The notes under the pieces were generated by a model that made no database searches, was not told where the DNA came from, and worked only from the letters and a program-made list of their open reading frames with translations. The position numbers were made by a program, and so were the translations under genes. A stretch of DNA of 34,058 nt from Catajapyx aquilonaris (Eukaryota), in contig KZ539095.1 of assembly GCA_000934665.2 (NCBI GenBank), positions 1-34,058 of the forward strand, in the 5' to 3' direction. Shown here piece by piece: positions 12,646-23,943 of the stretch. Positions within the stretch are counted from its first letter, which is position 1; each line of letters starts with the position of its first letter.

Positions 12646-13108
12646 CCCCCCCCCCCCAATTGGTTTATATACGGTACTCTGCTGGATAGTTAGGGAAAAT
12701 ATAATAAGAGAAGAAAATAGTGACGTGCGGAGCGAAGGCCGTTCCTTTGAGGCAGAAACAGCCGTCTATTTATAAAATAGAAGTTGAAGAAAGACAGCAG
12801 AGAGAAGAAGGAAGGAAGGAAGGAGGAGGAGGAGGAGGGGAAGAGAGACAACATTTCGCGGGGTCTGGAATTTTGTAAACGCCACCATTTTATTTCGGGG
12901 CTGACATAAATAAGGAGAAAGCAGACAGGGCTTAAAGTGAAGGAGGAGCTAAAGGAATTGGTCGGGGGGTGGAAAGAAGCCGCAGTTGTCACGTCTAAGC
13001 ACGTGGACCAACTTATGAAACACACGGTCCGGGTTCTCAGTCGCTGATTGTCCACCCCGATCAACCAGTTTTAAACATAACACTTACCTACTGCTAGTCA
13101 ACAAGCAA

Positions 13109-13589
13109 CTAGAATGGTTCCTCCCCAATTGCGCAGGCGCAGAACGGGGCCAATAGGCGCTGACAATATACGGCCTACCAATCAGAAGCCTTTCTCATAC
13201 GTACAACGAAGGATTTTAATATTATAGCCTTTTTTTTTTAAAAAAAAAACATCGGTTAGCTCGCATTTTTCTAGGGCGCTGTAGCTCGATATTTTTTCTA
13301 GGGCTGCGGCCTGCGGTGATGGAGGACATGTAGTTAATATTCATGTCCCTATATATTATAGCCTACTAGAAAAACGCTCGCTCTTTTCTAGGCCAACGGC
13401 CTGGGGTACCTATTCGGCGCACCATATCGCCGGGGAATGGACAGTTTCCCCGGCAACCCAACAGGAGTTGTTTACACCCCATTGCGCATGAGTAGAACGC
13501 GGGCCAATGGGGAGGTGGCGGTAACAATATGCGGCGGACCAATCAGAGGGCTCGGCCAACTCCCGCAAGGATTTTAATATTATAGAATA
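13109..13589 (-). mobile_element. Two tandem short related elements, possibly non-autonomous Helitrons on the minus strand
   Basis: Both units start ACTAGAA (13108, 13365) and end GGATTTTAATATTATAG (13227, ~13585). They share ATTGCGCA..AGAACG..GGCCAAT..ACAATAT..CCAATCAGA. On the minus strand this reads CTATAATATTAAAATCC...TTCTAG|T. Confidence 0.4.
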
Positions 13590-13591
13590 TA

Positions 13592-14153
13592 CAGGGTGTT
13601 TACGACCTAACTTTACAAACTTCTAGGGGTGATAGAGGGGACCAAGACAAACATTTTTGACATAGGAAACCGTGTCCGGAAAAGCCATCTAGAGGGGGTT
13701 CATAGACAAGGAACGGGTGCGCTCAGACGCGTCACGCGTGAGGCGCTAGGCGAGCGGACTGTTTCGTTGATAGATGGCGCTCGGATAGTAACCAACGATA
13801 CGATGTGCCATAACGTGGCAACAACAGAGTCATCTAGCAACTAAAGTCCGCCTCCTAGGAGACGCGCGGATAGTCAACAGCGGTTTTGTTGTTGCCACGT
13901 TATGGCGTGTCATGTTGTTGTTTACTTACAACGTCGCGATACGCCATTACCTGGCAACAACTGCGCGCCATCTATCAACAAAAGAGTCCGCTCGACTTGC
14001 GCCTCTCGCGTGACGCGTCTGAGCGCACCCGTTCCTCGTCTATGAACCCCCTCTAGATGGCGTTTCCGGATACGGTTTCCTATGTCAAAAATGTTTATCT
14101 TGGTCCCCTCTATTACCCCTAGAAGTTTGTAAAGTTAGGTCGTAAACACCCTG
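13592..14153. mobile_element. Tc1/mariner-type foldback MITE (562 bp), TA target-site duplication
   Basis: TA|CAGGGTGTTTACGACCTAACTTTACAAACTTCTAGGGGT...ACCCCTAGAAGTTTGTAAAGTTAGGTCGTAAACACCCTG|TA. The arms pair over ~190 bp, with a further inner IR GCCATAACGTGGCAACAACA/TGTTGTTGCCACGTTATGGC. Confidence 0.93.
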
Positions 14154-14885
14154 TAGAAGATAGTCAAAGGACTATGCACTTCTGGAATCTCCCACTTTTC
14201 AAGTTCCCGTGGAAATGTCCTCAACAATATAACAACGGCATTGTTGTGTGAGGGGGGGCCAATCGGAAGAGTCGCGGTAACAATATGTGGGGGTGGACCA
14301 ACTAGAAGGCATAACCATACAACACATGTCGGATTGTAATAGATGGAGGGGAAAAAGTGCAGGACTTTTGTTCGACCTGTAGCCAACCAGCAAGTTAATT
14401 GTTGATCCCAGCAACCTGGTTGCTATGTTGAACAGTTGTGGTGCAATGTTTTTTTATGTAACTGACCTGTGCTGGTGTCTTTGGTTGACAAATCGGATTT
14501 TAGTTTGGGGGAGGGGGATCAAGGCCGGATCGAAGTCTAGAGTGGGTGGTTGTTTCGACCTGAAGTCTTCTTAGGGGCTGGGGGGTTGAATTTGCGTGTG
14601 CGGAATTCGCCCCCNCCCCCCCCCCCCCCTTCCTCCCCCACCGCCCTCTATACCCTCGACACAAATCAGTCAATTTTCTGTCTGGTGACGTCAATGTTTA
14701 TCCTTTTTCCTGGAGTACGAGAGGCCTTCATTGAGGATGCAAAATAGGCACACGATTCCACAATGCGACAGTATGTTTAAAGTGGTTGCTGGGTTAGACA
14801 ACTCGTGCATTTCACCAAGCAAACCTTATAGTGATAGTTTGGACATATAATTTGTGCTCACAACACTCACAATTGGGGTTGGATT

Positions 14886-15042
14886 GTGCCAGGTGGGGTG
14901 AGATTGTGCCAGTGCATTTTTTAAATATACAACAGTGTTTCCAACCTTCAATGTAGTAAAATATGCCTATATATGTTTGCTGCCAGTAGGGCGCGCTGTT
15001 GTCCAAAAAAATACGCTGGCACAATCTCACCCCACCTGGCAC
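14886..15042. mobile_element. Small inverted-repeat element (MITE-like), truncated by an assembly gap
   Basis: GTGCCAGGTGGGGTGAGATTGTGCCAG is exactly inverted as CTGGCACAATCTCACCCCACCTGGCAC immediately before the N run. Confidence 0.7.
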
Positions 15043-15098
15043 NNNNNNNNNNNNNNNNNNNNNNNNNNNNNNNNNNNNNNNNNNNNNNNNNNNNNNNN
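15043..15098. other. Assembly gap (56 N)
   Basis: N run followed by a poly-C tract. Confidence 1.
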
Positions 15099-16839
15099 CC
15101 CCCCCCCCATTGACGGTAGTTTCTCCTATAATGTAATGATTGTTGCGACTATTATGGTCGAATAGTTATGTTGAAGCTGTTGGCTTCCTTCTGTAGTTTT
15201 CCTCTCTCCCCTATTCCCCCTGATCGAGTGTCGTTCTGGAAATAACATTTCGCCCTCCATCCCCTTTTTCCCTTTTTCTCTCTCTATTTATTTATGCATG
15301 GGCCTCCCCCCCTTCAACTCACCCACTTACGACACTGCGCAGTTGCATTACACTTATACTAGTACAAAGTGGGATGCACTTGCAAAGGGTGCGGGGGAGG
15401 TACGTAAGTTTCTCCACCTACGTTTTTTAATCCCCTCGAGACGGCGGATTCAAGATTGATTGGGATTCCATAACAAGGGACAAGGGTTTCGATCTATATG
15501 GGTGGGCAGACACGATCTGTGGGCGACATGTATTGGAAATTTCTACACTACTTCATTCATACATTCATAGGAAGCTGCATAATATTATGTACTATACGTC
15601 GCAATAAGTTTTGGCCGAAAATGAAGGGGTGAAAAGTGGCCAAAACTTTTTGTGATAGATTGTGCAAGTAGTACGACCAGCTGCGAAATATTCAGGAATT
15701 ATTTTGTGCTGTAGGTTGATTTCAAAAAAATGAGAGCAACACAGTTCGGGCACATTGTTTCCAACACTACACCTGAGGGGGTTGGGACGTTGCCAATGAT
15801 GTGAACGAACCGTATAGGCTACCTGACAGTGGCAACGTTAGAACGATTGGCTTGCGCGAGTGTGGGTGCGCACTAGGTTGCGCTCGTAAAAAACGTCTGT
15901 AGTACGGCAGTGAAAATTTGGCAACACTGCCCACTCCAACTTAAACGTAGTACGATATGCCACAGTCAGATGGCGCGCATCTGCAAATTATTCCCACATG
16001 CACCTAGGTGCATGTAGGGACAGCGAATCACGCGTAGCCAATTCTGTGTATGATTTACGCTTTTTTAGTAATTGTTTTATTTCAATAAATACACGGCTGT
16101 ACAATGCATTTCAAGGTTTTATCGATAAATTCCGAAGCGCAATTAGTTACGCCGGTTTAACCCCTTGACGGATTACGGAAGTGCAAGCAAGGCCAGTCGT
16201 GTTGTGTGTGGGCGGCCTTTTTTCCTCCCTATAGCTTTTATTATTTCCAAGCCTGTGTTTCTCAAGAGAGGGACACGTGCTGCACAGAGGTCGTAGGTCG
16301 ATCTCGGACTGCCTGGAATGACAAGTGGGCTGGGGTTGGCTTTTTTGGAGGGGAGGAGGGTTGGCAACCCCTTAACCGAGGCCATGTCCTTGGCCATGAT
16401 CACACCAGAGCAACACAAGAGACACCCTGTAGCGCTAGAGTTATCGTGACTTGGGTCTTGTCGGCCTCCCCCCAATTTATTCTGGGTCCTATTTCTGACA
16501 GGGTAATCCGCACACGTGTCCTTTGGTATTGCGCCAACTTCCGCAAATAGCGAGATAATATTCGCGAATATTGTGTCGACCACCTGTGCCCTGATTGGCT
16601 TAGTCTGGTTGTGTTCGGATGTGGGGGGTTATTTGGGTTGGAAAGAGAGTGTATTGCTGCTTGACCGGCAGGCCTAGCCTAGGCTTAAAAATAATGCGCG
16701 TATTAATAGACCACGCAGGCTGCTAGCTGCTTGGTCTGGATAAAAAGAGAAGAGAGGGGCTCAAAAACCAGGAGACGGACAGCTCCACGGGGGCGTAGCT
16801 AGGCCGCTCTCTTATCACACTCGTATCCGAATTGGAAGA

Positions 16840-17706
16840 GATCTTTACTATGCAACGAAGTGGCGGGGTGGAGGCCTGGGGCAGCTCAGAGCTCGCCGTA
16901 GCAAAACCACAATAACATTCGTTGACAATCTGCGCGCCACAAAACGTGCAGTCACTGGCAGATCTTTACTACGCGACGAAGTGGCGGGAGTCGGGGTGGA
17001 GGCGCGGGTGTAGTTCAGAGAGCGCGTCCGAAAGCATCTCGCGATGGCAAAGCCACAATAACGTTCGTTGGACAGCGGCGCCACAAAACGTACAGTAATT
17101 TTGTCTGTAACTGTATAACCAACAATAAGCGCCCAGCTCCACAATTGAAATATCGCACTAATGGAGTAATGGACATACCTGACCTGGCGGGGACACCCAT
17201 TCGGACGCGCTCTCTGAACCTCCATCCCGCCACTTCGTCCTGTATAGTAAAGATCAATCAAAGGAGGAACTTCACTACGCGACAAATAGTGACGGTGAGT
17301 CGGGGTGGAGCCGCGTGGAGTTCAGAGAGCTCGTCCGAATGCATCTCACAATGGCAAAGCCACAATAACATTCGTTGACATGCGACGCCACAAAGCGTAC
17401 ATCATTATTTTGCTGCTACATAAACCCACAATAAGCGTTCATCTCCGCTATTAGCTAAAAATAATATGCTACTGGACGGACCCTTTCATGGCAAAGCCAC
17501 AATAACGTTCGTTGGCCTGCGGCGCCACTAAACGTACCGGTACGGTAAATCTTGCGATTACATAACCCACACGATAATATTCACTAATGGGCGTCCCCGC
17601 CAGGTCAGGTCCGTCCATTAGCATGGTAATTATCACGGACGGACCTGACCTGGCGGGAACGCGCTCTCTGAACTGCTCCAGCCATTTCGTCCTGTAGTAA
17701 AAGATC
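16840..17706. mobile_element. Tandem cluster of a MITE family with GATCTTTACTA...TAGTAAAGATC termini: partial 16840-16958, full 16961-17255, rearranged ~17270-17706
   Basis: TIR GATCTTTACTA..GACGAAGTGGCGGGA..GTTCAGAGAGCGCGTCCGAA is inverted at 17201-17255. The internal GCAAAGCCACAATAAC[AG]TTCGTTG occurs 4 times. Confidence 0.75.
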
Positions 17707-17734
17707 AGCCTACAAATTGAGGGAGTGGGGACCT

Positions 17735-17817
17735 GCAGGTGCCCATAGACACACCCGGCAACCCCACATGCATATTTCTTCTTCTATGTGATGCCGGGTG
17801 TGTCTATGGGCACCTGC
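17735..17817. repeat. Perfect 26 bp inverted repeat (mini-MITE-like hairpin)
   Basis: GCAGGTGCCCATAGACACACCCGGCA / TGCCGGGTGTGTCTATGGGCACCTGC. It ends at a single N. Confidence 0.75.
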
Positions 17818-18459
17818 NGCGGCGCCACTAAACGTACCGGTACGGTAAATCTTGCGATTACATAACCCACACGATAATATTCACTAATGGGCGTCCCCGC
17901 CAGGTCAGGTCCGTCCATTAGGTAATTATCACGGACGGACCTGACCTGGCGGGGCCGTACGGCCCTTTGCTGGGGATAGATGGATTAGTAATTAATTAAT
18001 CCGATGTTGATGACCTGTTGCGGACAGGGGGTTTAGTGAACGGTGCTTTTGCAAATGAGGAATGAGGCCATCTCGTCTTCCGGGGGCCGCCCCGCGATGG
18101 ATAATTTTGGAAGGGGGGGAGAAGAGGGGTGGCGGGAAAGGACGAATCGGGGAAGAAGCGGCTGAGCGGAGTCGTGTTTTAAATTTGTCAAAGTTTAAAT
18201 TTACCTCAGCCTCCCTCCCACTGATCCATCTCTCTTTCACCCCCCTTCCCCAGCCTCTCTCAAGAACAGCACTTCCAGGAAGACGGAAGATGCTCTTCTT
18301 CTTCTTCTTCTTGAGGAGTGTGGGACGGAGGGGGGGAAAAAGGGATGAAGGATATACCCCCCTCATCCCCATCCCACACATTCACATACTCACATAGCGG
18401 AGTCTCATGAAGGAAATGAGCACAGCCGACATTGACCTCTTGTTTCATCTATGCCGGAT

Positions 18460-19010
18460 GCATGAATAATTGCAGATATTAAACTTGTTGTGAATTAACA
18501 AAATCTCTCTTCAACCACTGCGCGCTGGACCATAGCGAACAATGTATCCATTATTGTGGAAAAGTTGTGAATTAATAAAATATCTGGGCCGTACTTCAAG
18601 TGCGGTAGTGAACAATATAAGAAACATATCTGTTATTACAAAATACTGTGAATTAATAAAATATCAGCCTTACTTCATGTACGCTGGACCGTAACGGACA
18701 AATATGAAACATCCATTATTACTGAAAGTTATGAATTTATTAATAAAAATCTGCCTGCCTTCATGTACGCTGAACCAGACCAATCAATATAAAAATATGA
18801 AACATATCCGTTAATACACAAAGCGATGAATTATAGTTTTAAAAATCTGCCTTCATATACACTGGTCCGTAACGGATAATATAAAAATATGAAACATATC
18901 CGTTATTACAAAAAGCTGTGAATTAATAAAGTGTGAGCCTTACTTTATGTGCGCTGAACCATACCGATAGCGGACAATATAAAAATATATGAATACTTGC
19001 ATTATTAAGT
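18460..19010. repeat. Degenerate ~77-94 bp tandem repeat, ~6 copies
   Basis: TGAATT..AAAAT..CTTCATGTACGCTG[G/A]ACC..GAAACATATCCGTTATTAC recurs at ~18491, 18568, 18649, 18732, 18826 and 18919. Confidence 0.8.
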
Positions 19011-19471
19011 AAATTAAATGTACAATAAATTTTGGAGCGTTGCAAGCGTCGGTTGAAATGGGGGAAAAATTGCAATTAAACATTTACAGTCGGTACTAAT
19101 AGAGCATTATTTTAGTGGTTGAGATTACTACATTCACTACATTTCTTTTTTCTAGAAAAGATTAACGGATAATAGAGATGGGAAAAAATTGCAATTAAAG
19201 TTACCATCTAGGTGATACCAACTTAGCCGTTGAGATCACATTTTTTCCTCTAATTTGGGTAATCAGCAATGTATTACTTAAGATCATATTAAGGATTGCG
19301 CTGGGTCTGTTGCGGGGTGAATAGAGATGATGGACCACTCTCCAATAGTGTTATTCTTTGTCCCAACCTTGGTGATGGACCCACATGTAGTTAGAGAGCA
19401 TGCGAGGTAGCCTTGTTGTTGTTGTTGTGTATGTGACTGTACCGGTATGCACTGTTAGACCCAACAGGCGG

Positions 19472-22400
19472 ATGCATTTCAGCGAGTGGGGAGGCAGCGG
19501 GGCAGCGCAGCAACAGCAGCTGTCGGTGGTGACGACAGTGTGGGGTGTCGCCAACTCCACGCAGTCGGGCCCACAGCTGGCCCAGGGGTCCGGCCAGCAG
19601 CAGGGAGGCGGAGGAGGAGGCAACAACAGCGGAGGAGGATCAGGAGGTCCAGGGGCCAACAGTGGGCAGGCAGTGGGACCAAACGGGGGGGCACCTGGAG
19701 GTAGTGGAGGAGGCACAGGGGGGACGCCTGGAGGTCAAGGCGGTGGAGGGGGGACCCCAGGGCCTGCCCCTTCTGGCGGCGGCCCCACCTCCAACGGGCC
19801 GCAGTCCTCAGGCCCAGGCGGCTACCAGCAGGGACCATCCAAGGGGGCCTTCAATGGGGCTCCGTCCATGCTGCCCTACCGCCAGGGACCACCCCAGTGA
19901 GTCACATACCCCCACACAGCCGCAATATGGGCCCACATTAGTTGTAGCAATTAATCTGTATGGATATGGTACACCTTATAGCATGAACATGTTTGTTAAT
20001 TTGTGTCTCTTCCTTTCGCAGGGGCTATGGCGGCCCTGGGGCGGCGCAGGGCGGGATGGCGGGCCTGAACGGATCCGGTGGTGGATCTGTCGGGGGCCAA
20101 GAGGGACCAGGGGGCCAGTTTGGGCCTCCAAGTGCCCTTAGTGCCGCTGCGATGGTGGCTGCGGCGACTGCAACTGCAACCGCCACTGCGTCGGTCGTGG
20201 CTCTGCAGGAGCGACAAGACATGGCTCCGCAGTATGCCCACCAGGTACGTCAATTGTGGTGTACATCTGTGACGTATCTAACATGCTCTCTTTTGGCGCA
20301 GATGCACAGTATGCAACATGGTATGCAAGCACAGCAATATGGGAACCAGTATGCGGCCGCACCGAACCAGAGGCCGCCCATGGGAGGAATGGGCAACATG
20401 GGCGGAATGGGCATGGGCGGCTCGGGGAACGGTATCCCAGGGATGGGTATGGCCAACATGGGGTCGATGGGCACCATGAGCGGCATGAACGGGATGGGAC
20501 CCATCCCCAACATGGCCCAGATGAATAACATGGGCGGGATCGGCAACCTGATGGTCAGCCAAGGCGGAATGGCAGGGATGAACAACATGATGGCCAGTAT
20601 GGGGAACATGCCGCCGAACATGGGCGGCATGGGCGGAATGAACAAGATGTCCATGCAGGGACCTGGAGGGCAGGTACCAGCCGGCATGTACCCTCGCAGA
20701 GCGGCTCCGTACCCATCGCCCACTATGCACATGACCCAGAAGCGGCAGGGACAACAACAGCAGCAACAACAGCAGCAACAGCAACAGCAGCAGTACGCCG
20801 GCCCAGGACCAATGCAGCAGGGGTTCAACCCTGCTGGTGCTCCGCCACAGTACGCCAGCCAGTATGCGGCACGCGGAGGCAGCTTCCAGAATCCGTTCCC
20901 ACCGCAGCAACCTATGGGACCAGCCTTCAACCCAGCCGCAGTCAGAGGCCCGGTTATGAGGTCGCAACAAGCGCAGCCGTACAACCAGAACTCGGGTTAC
21001 TTCGGTGGCGGTATGGGTCCAGGCGGTGCACCGATGCCGATGCACCAAGGCAGCCTGGGGATGCCCATGAGCAACGGAGGGATGGGAGGTGCCCCGATGG
21101 GTTCGGTTCCCATGGGCGGCAGTGGGCCCATAGCCGGAAACGGCGGAGGTGGTGGTGCCCAGTTTGCGAACCAGTACGCATCCCCGCAGTTCCAGCAAGA
21201 CATGAACATGAGGAGCATGAACTACCAGCACAGTCCTATACCTGGCAATCCGACCCCACCGTTGACCCCCGCCAGTAGTATGCCCCCGTACATCAGTCCA
21301 AACCCTGACGTGAAGCCGGCCTTTGCGGAAATGAAGACACCTCTACCTCCCCCCAGTGAGTGTCGTCTCATTGTCCAGTTGATGTCGCCTTTTTGCAATC
21401 TACTAAACGATCTTATTCCCCGCAGAGGACGACGAGCTCCGGCTAACGTTCCCAGTGCGCGACGGCACCATCCTGGCACCGTTCAGGCTGGAGCACAACC
21501 TGGCCGTGAGCAACCACGTCTTCCACCTCAAACCTACTGTTCACCAGACGCTCATGTGGAGGTAATGATAATGACGCAGTTTACAATGATGTCTCCCACG
21601 CTTGTTAACTTAACCAGTAATTTTGGAAGCTGCAGCTCCCATGGATATAGCATGAAAAGGCGATCTTATCTCGTAAGGCACCGCTCGTTACAAATAATGG
21701 ATAAGATACAATATTGTCCTTGTGCCGCTTTTTTATATTGTGGATCCTATTAGGATTAGAGATTGGGAGCAGATATGACATAACCGGTGGCTGGAAAAAA
21801 AAAAGGAAGTGATTTTTATTCCTCAAAATTGTGGAATAAGTTCACAGATAATTCCCACAGGCGCATGACCTTTTCTGAGCGTGTGACGTACGTAATTTCA
21901 GGTGGCAATGAACCTGCTTAATCTTTGCTTGTTGCGCACACATGATAACAATTTATCCGAATATGCAAGATTAAGTAGCGCTGCTCGTAACGTCACTTGT
22001 GGCTCCATCTTCGCTAGTGATGATGATAACGTAACCCACCTTTTTTTTCCAGGTCTGACCTGGAGCTCCAGCTGAAATGCTTCCACCATGAGGACCGCCA
22101 AATGAACACGAACTGGCCAGCGTCGGTGCAGGTCTCGGTGAATGCGACCCCTCTCTGCATAGACCGCGGGGAGAACAAGACGTCCCACAAGCCCCTCTAC
22201 CTCAAGGAGGTCTGCCAGCCGGGGAGGAACACGCTGCAGATCACCGTCTCCGCATGCTGCTGCTCCCACCTTTTTGTCCTCCAGCTGGTGCACCGGCCTA
22301 GTGTGCGCTCGGTGCTCCAGGGGCTGTTGAGGAAGAGGCTGTTACCCGCAGAGCACTGCATAACCAAAATCAAGAGGAACTTCTCCAACGTGGCCGCCTC

Positions 22401-23943
22401 CACTGGTGGAGGTGGCCCAGGCGGAGGAGTTGGGGACGGAGACGGCGTGGAGCAGACGGCCATCAAGGTCAGCCTGAAGTGTCCCATCACCTACAAGAGG
22501 ATCACCCTTCCTGCGAGAGGGCACGACTGCAAGCATATCCAGTGCTTCGACCTCGAGTCCTACCTGCAGCTCAACTGCGAGCGAGGCGCATGGAGATGTC
22601 CTGTCTGCAAGTAAGTCGATTCGCTTTCTCATTCGTGTGACCAAGTAACTGACTTGTCTTGTTTGCGTCTAGTAAACCTGCCCAGTTGGAGGGTTTGGAA
22701 GTCGACCAGTACATCTGGGGGATCCTGAACACTCTTGGTCCAAGCGAGGTCGAGGAGGTGACTATTGATGCGGCGGCCAACTGGAAACCTGCCAAGAGTT
22801 TGCTCCCTGGTGGAGTGAAGTCCGAGCAGGATGACTCCTCGGGAGGTACCGACACCTGCGGGATGAGCAAGAGGCTTAAGGCGATGTCGCCGGCCAGCAT
22901 GACCCTTCCGACCATGAACAGTTGGGACTCCATGGGCCAGTCCATGTCACCTTACATTCCACCTGACATGAACAGTAAGTGTCCGCTTCTGTACGAGTGA
23001 ATATGGGAATGCTTATGATCCGTACTTTCAGGTATAGCAAGCGGTTCGATGATGAACAGCGGTGCGTCTCCTGCCTCGTCGTACGGTGGCGGATCAAGTG
23101 CCGGGAGTGGCGGAAGCTCAGGCATGGTTCGGACCAATTCCTTCGACTTTGGTAACCCCGACTACTCGACGTCTGGGTCGGGCAACCCATCCGGAAACCC
23201 CTTGTCCCACCTATCCGATTCGGTCAACTCATTAGACCCTCTGAACGCAATGGAGAAGTCCCTTAGCGAGCAGATGCCCCACACGCCTCACACGCCACAT
23301 ACGCCCCATACGCCCCACACCCCTGGCGGTGGCGGTGGAAATTCGGCCAACACACCCGGAGGTGCAAGCGGACCTCCTAGTGTACCGCCCCCGACTCAGG
23401 GGGGACCTGTCGGACAGGACGGTGCAACGTCCGCATCCAACAGTGGGTCTGGGAATAACAACGGAGGTGGAAACAACGGGTCGTCGAGCAACGTCGGTGT
23501 GAGTTCGCCAGCGCCAAGTCAAGGCAATGCACCACAGGTTACGCAGCAGAACGATGCAACAAACGACCTCCCCTCGGACCTCAACTTTGACCCTGCAGCG
23601 GTCATCGATGGGGAAGGACAGGGGCAGGAGGCACTCAACGTAAGTCCACTAGTTAATAATTTCAATAAATGAAGCCGTTTTTACATGCGATTGTTTGGAG
23701 CGAATATTTTGATCAGTGATGTTGCGCTCACATGTTGAGGCAGCTTTCGTGATAGTTTGTGACAGCAATGCTTGCCCTCTCCAGCTTCTCCCGGACAATG
23801 TTGTGGACCCGATGGAGCTTCTCTCGTACCTGGAGCCACCCGACTTGGCGACTCCTCCGTCGAGTGGTGGCAGCAGCAACGGCGGAAACAACGGAGGCAA
23901 TCCCGGAAACACGAGTGATGACCTTCTGGCTCTCTTTGACTAA
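19472..23943 (+). CDS. ZMIZ1: Zinc finger MIZ (SP-RING) domain-containing protein, ZMIZ1/ZMIZ2/tonalli family. Exons 19472-19896, 20022-20244, 20302-21355, 21426-21561, 22053-22610, 22673-22974, 23032-23639, 23785-23943 (~1154 aa)
   Basis: All introns are GT-AG and phase-compatible when spliced by hand (total 3465 nt). The translation contains recognisable ZMIZ motifs in order: [143 protein letters not shown]; and C-terminal [19 protein letters not shown]. The start codon is uncertain and upstream exons may exist. Confidence 0.95.
20752..20793 (+). repeat. Coding CAR (opa) repeat, Q14 in the ZMIZ protein
   Basis: 14 mixed CAA/CAG codons in frame in exon 3. Confidence 0.9.

Noticed and set aside
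12290..12660. Poly-C/G tracts as functional G-quadruplexes
   Set aside because: They flank N gaps and their lengths are unreliable, so they most likely mark sequencing drop-outs.
17819..17953. Near-exact duplicate of 17519-17657
   Set aside because: It starts right after a single-N junction, so it is probably an overlapping contig or haplotype artefact rather than a true duplication.
18460..19010. ~80-90 bp periodic array as CRISPR or ncRNA cluster
   Set aside because: Whole units are degenerate copies with no unique spacers.
20250..21231. Long antisense ORFs (244 and 317 aa) with poly-Cys/poly-Leu
   Set aside because: These are shadow frames of the GC-rich ZMIZ exon and its CAR repeat.
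21356..21753. C-terminal part of the 586-aa ORF
   Set aside because: It runs through intron 3 and out of frame. The conserved ZMIZ sequence continues in another frame from 21426.
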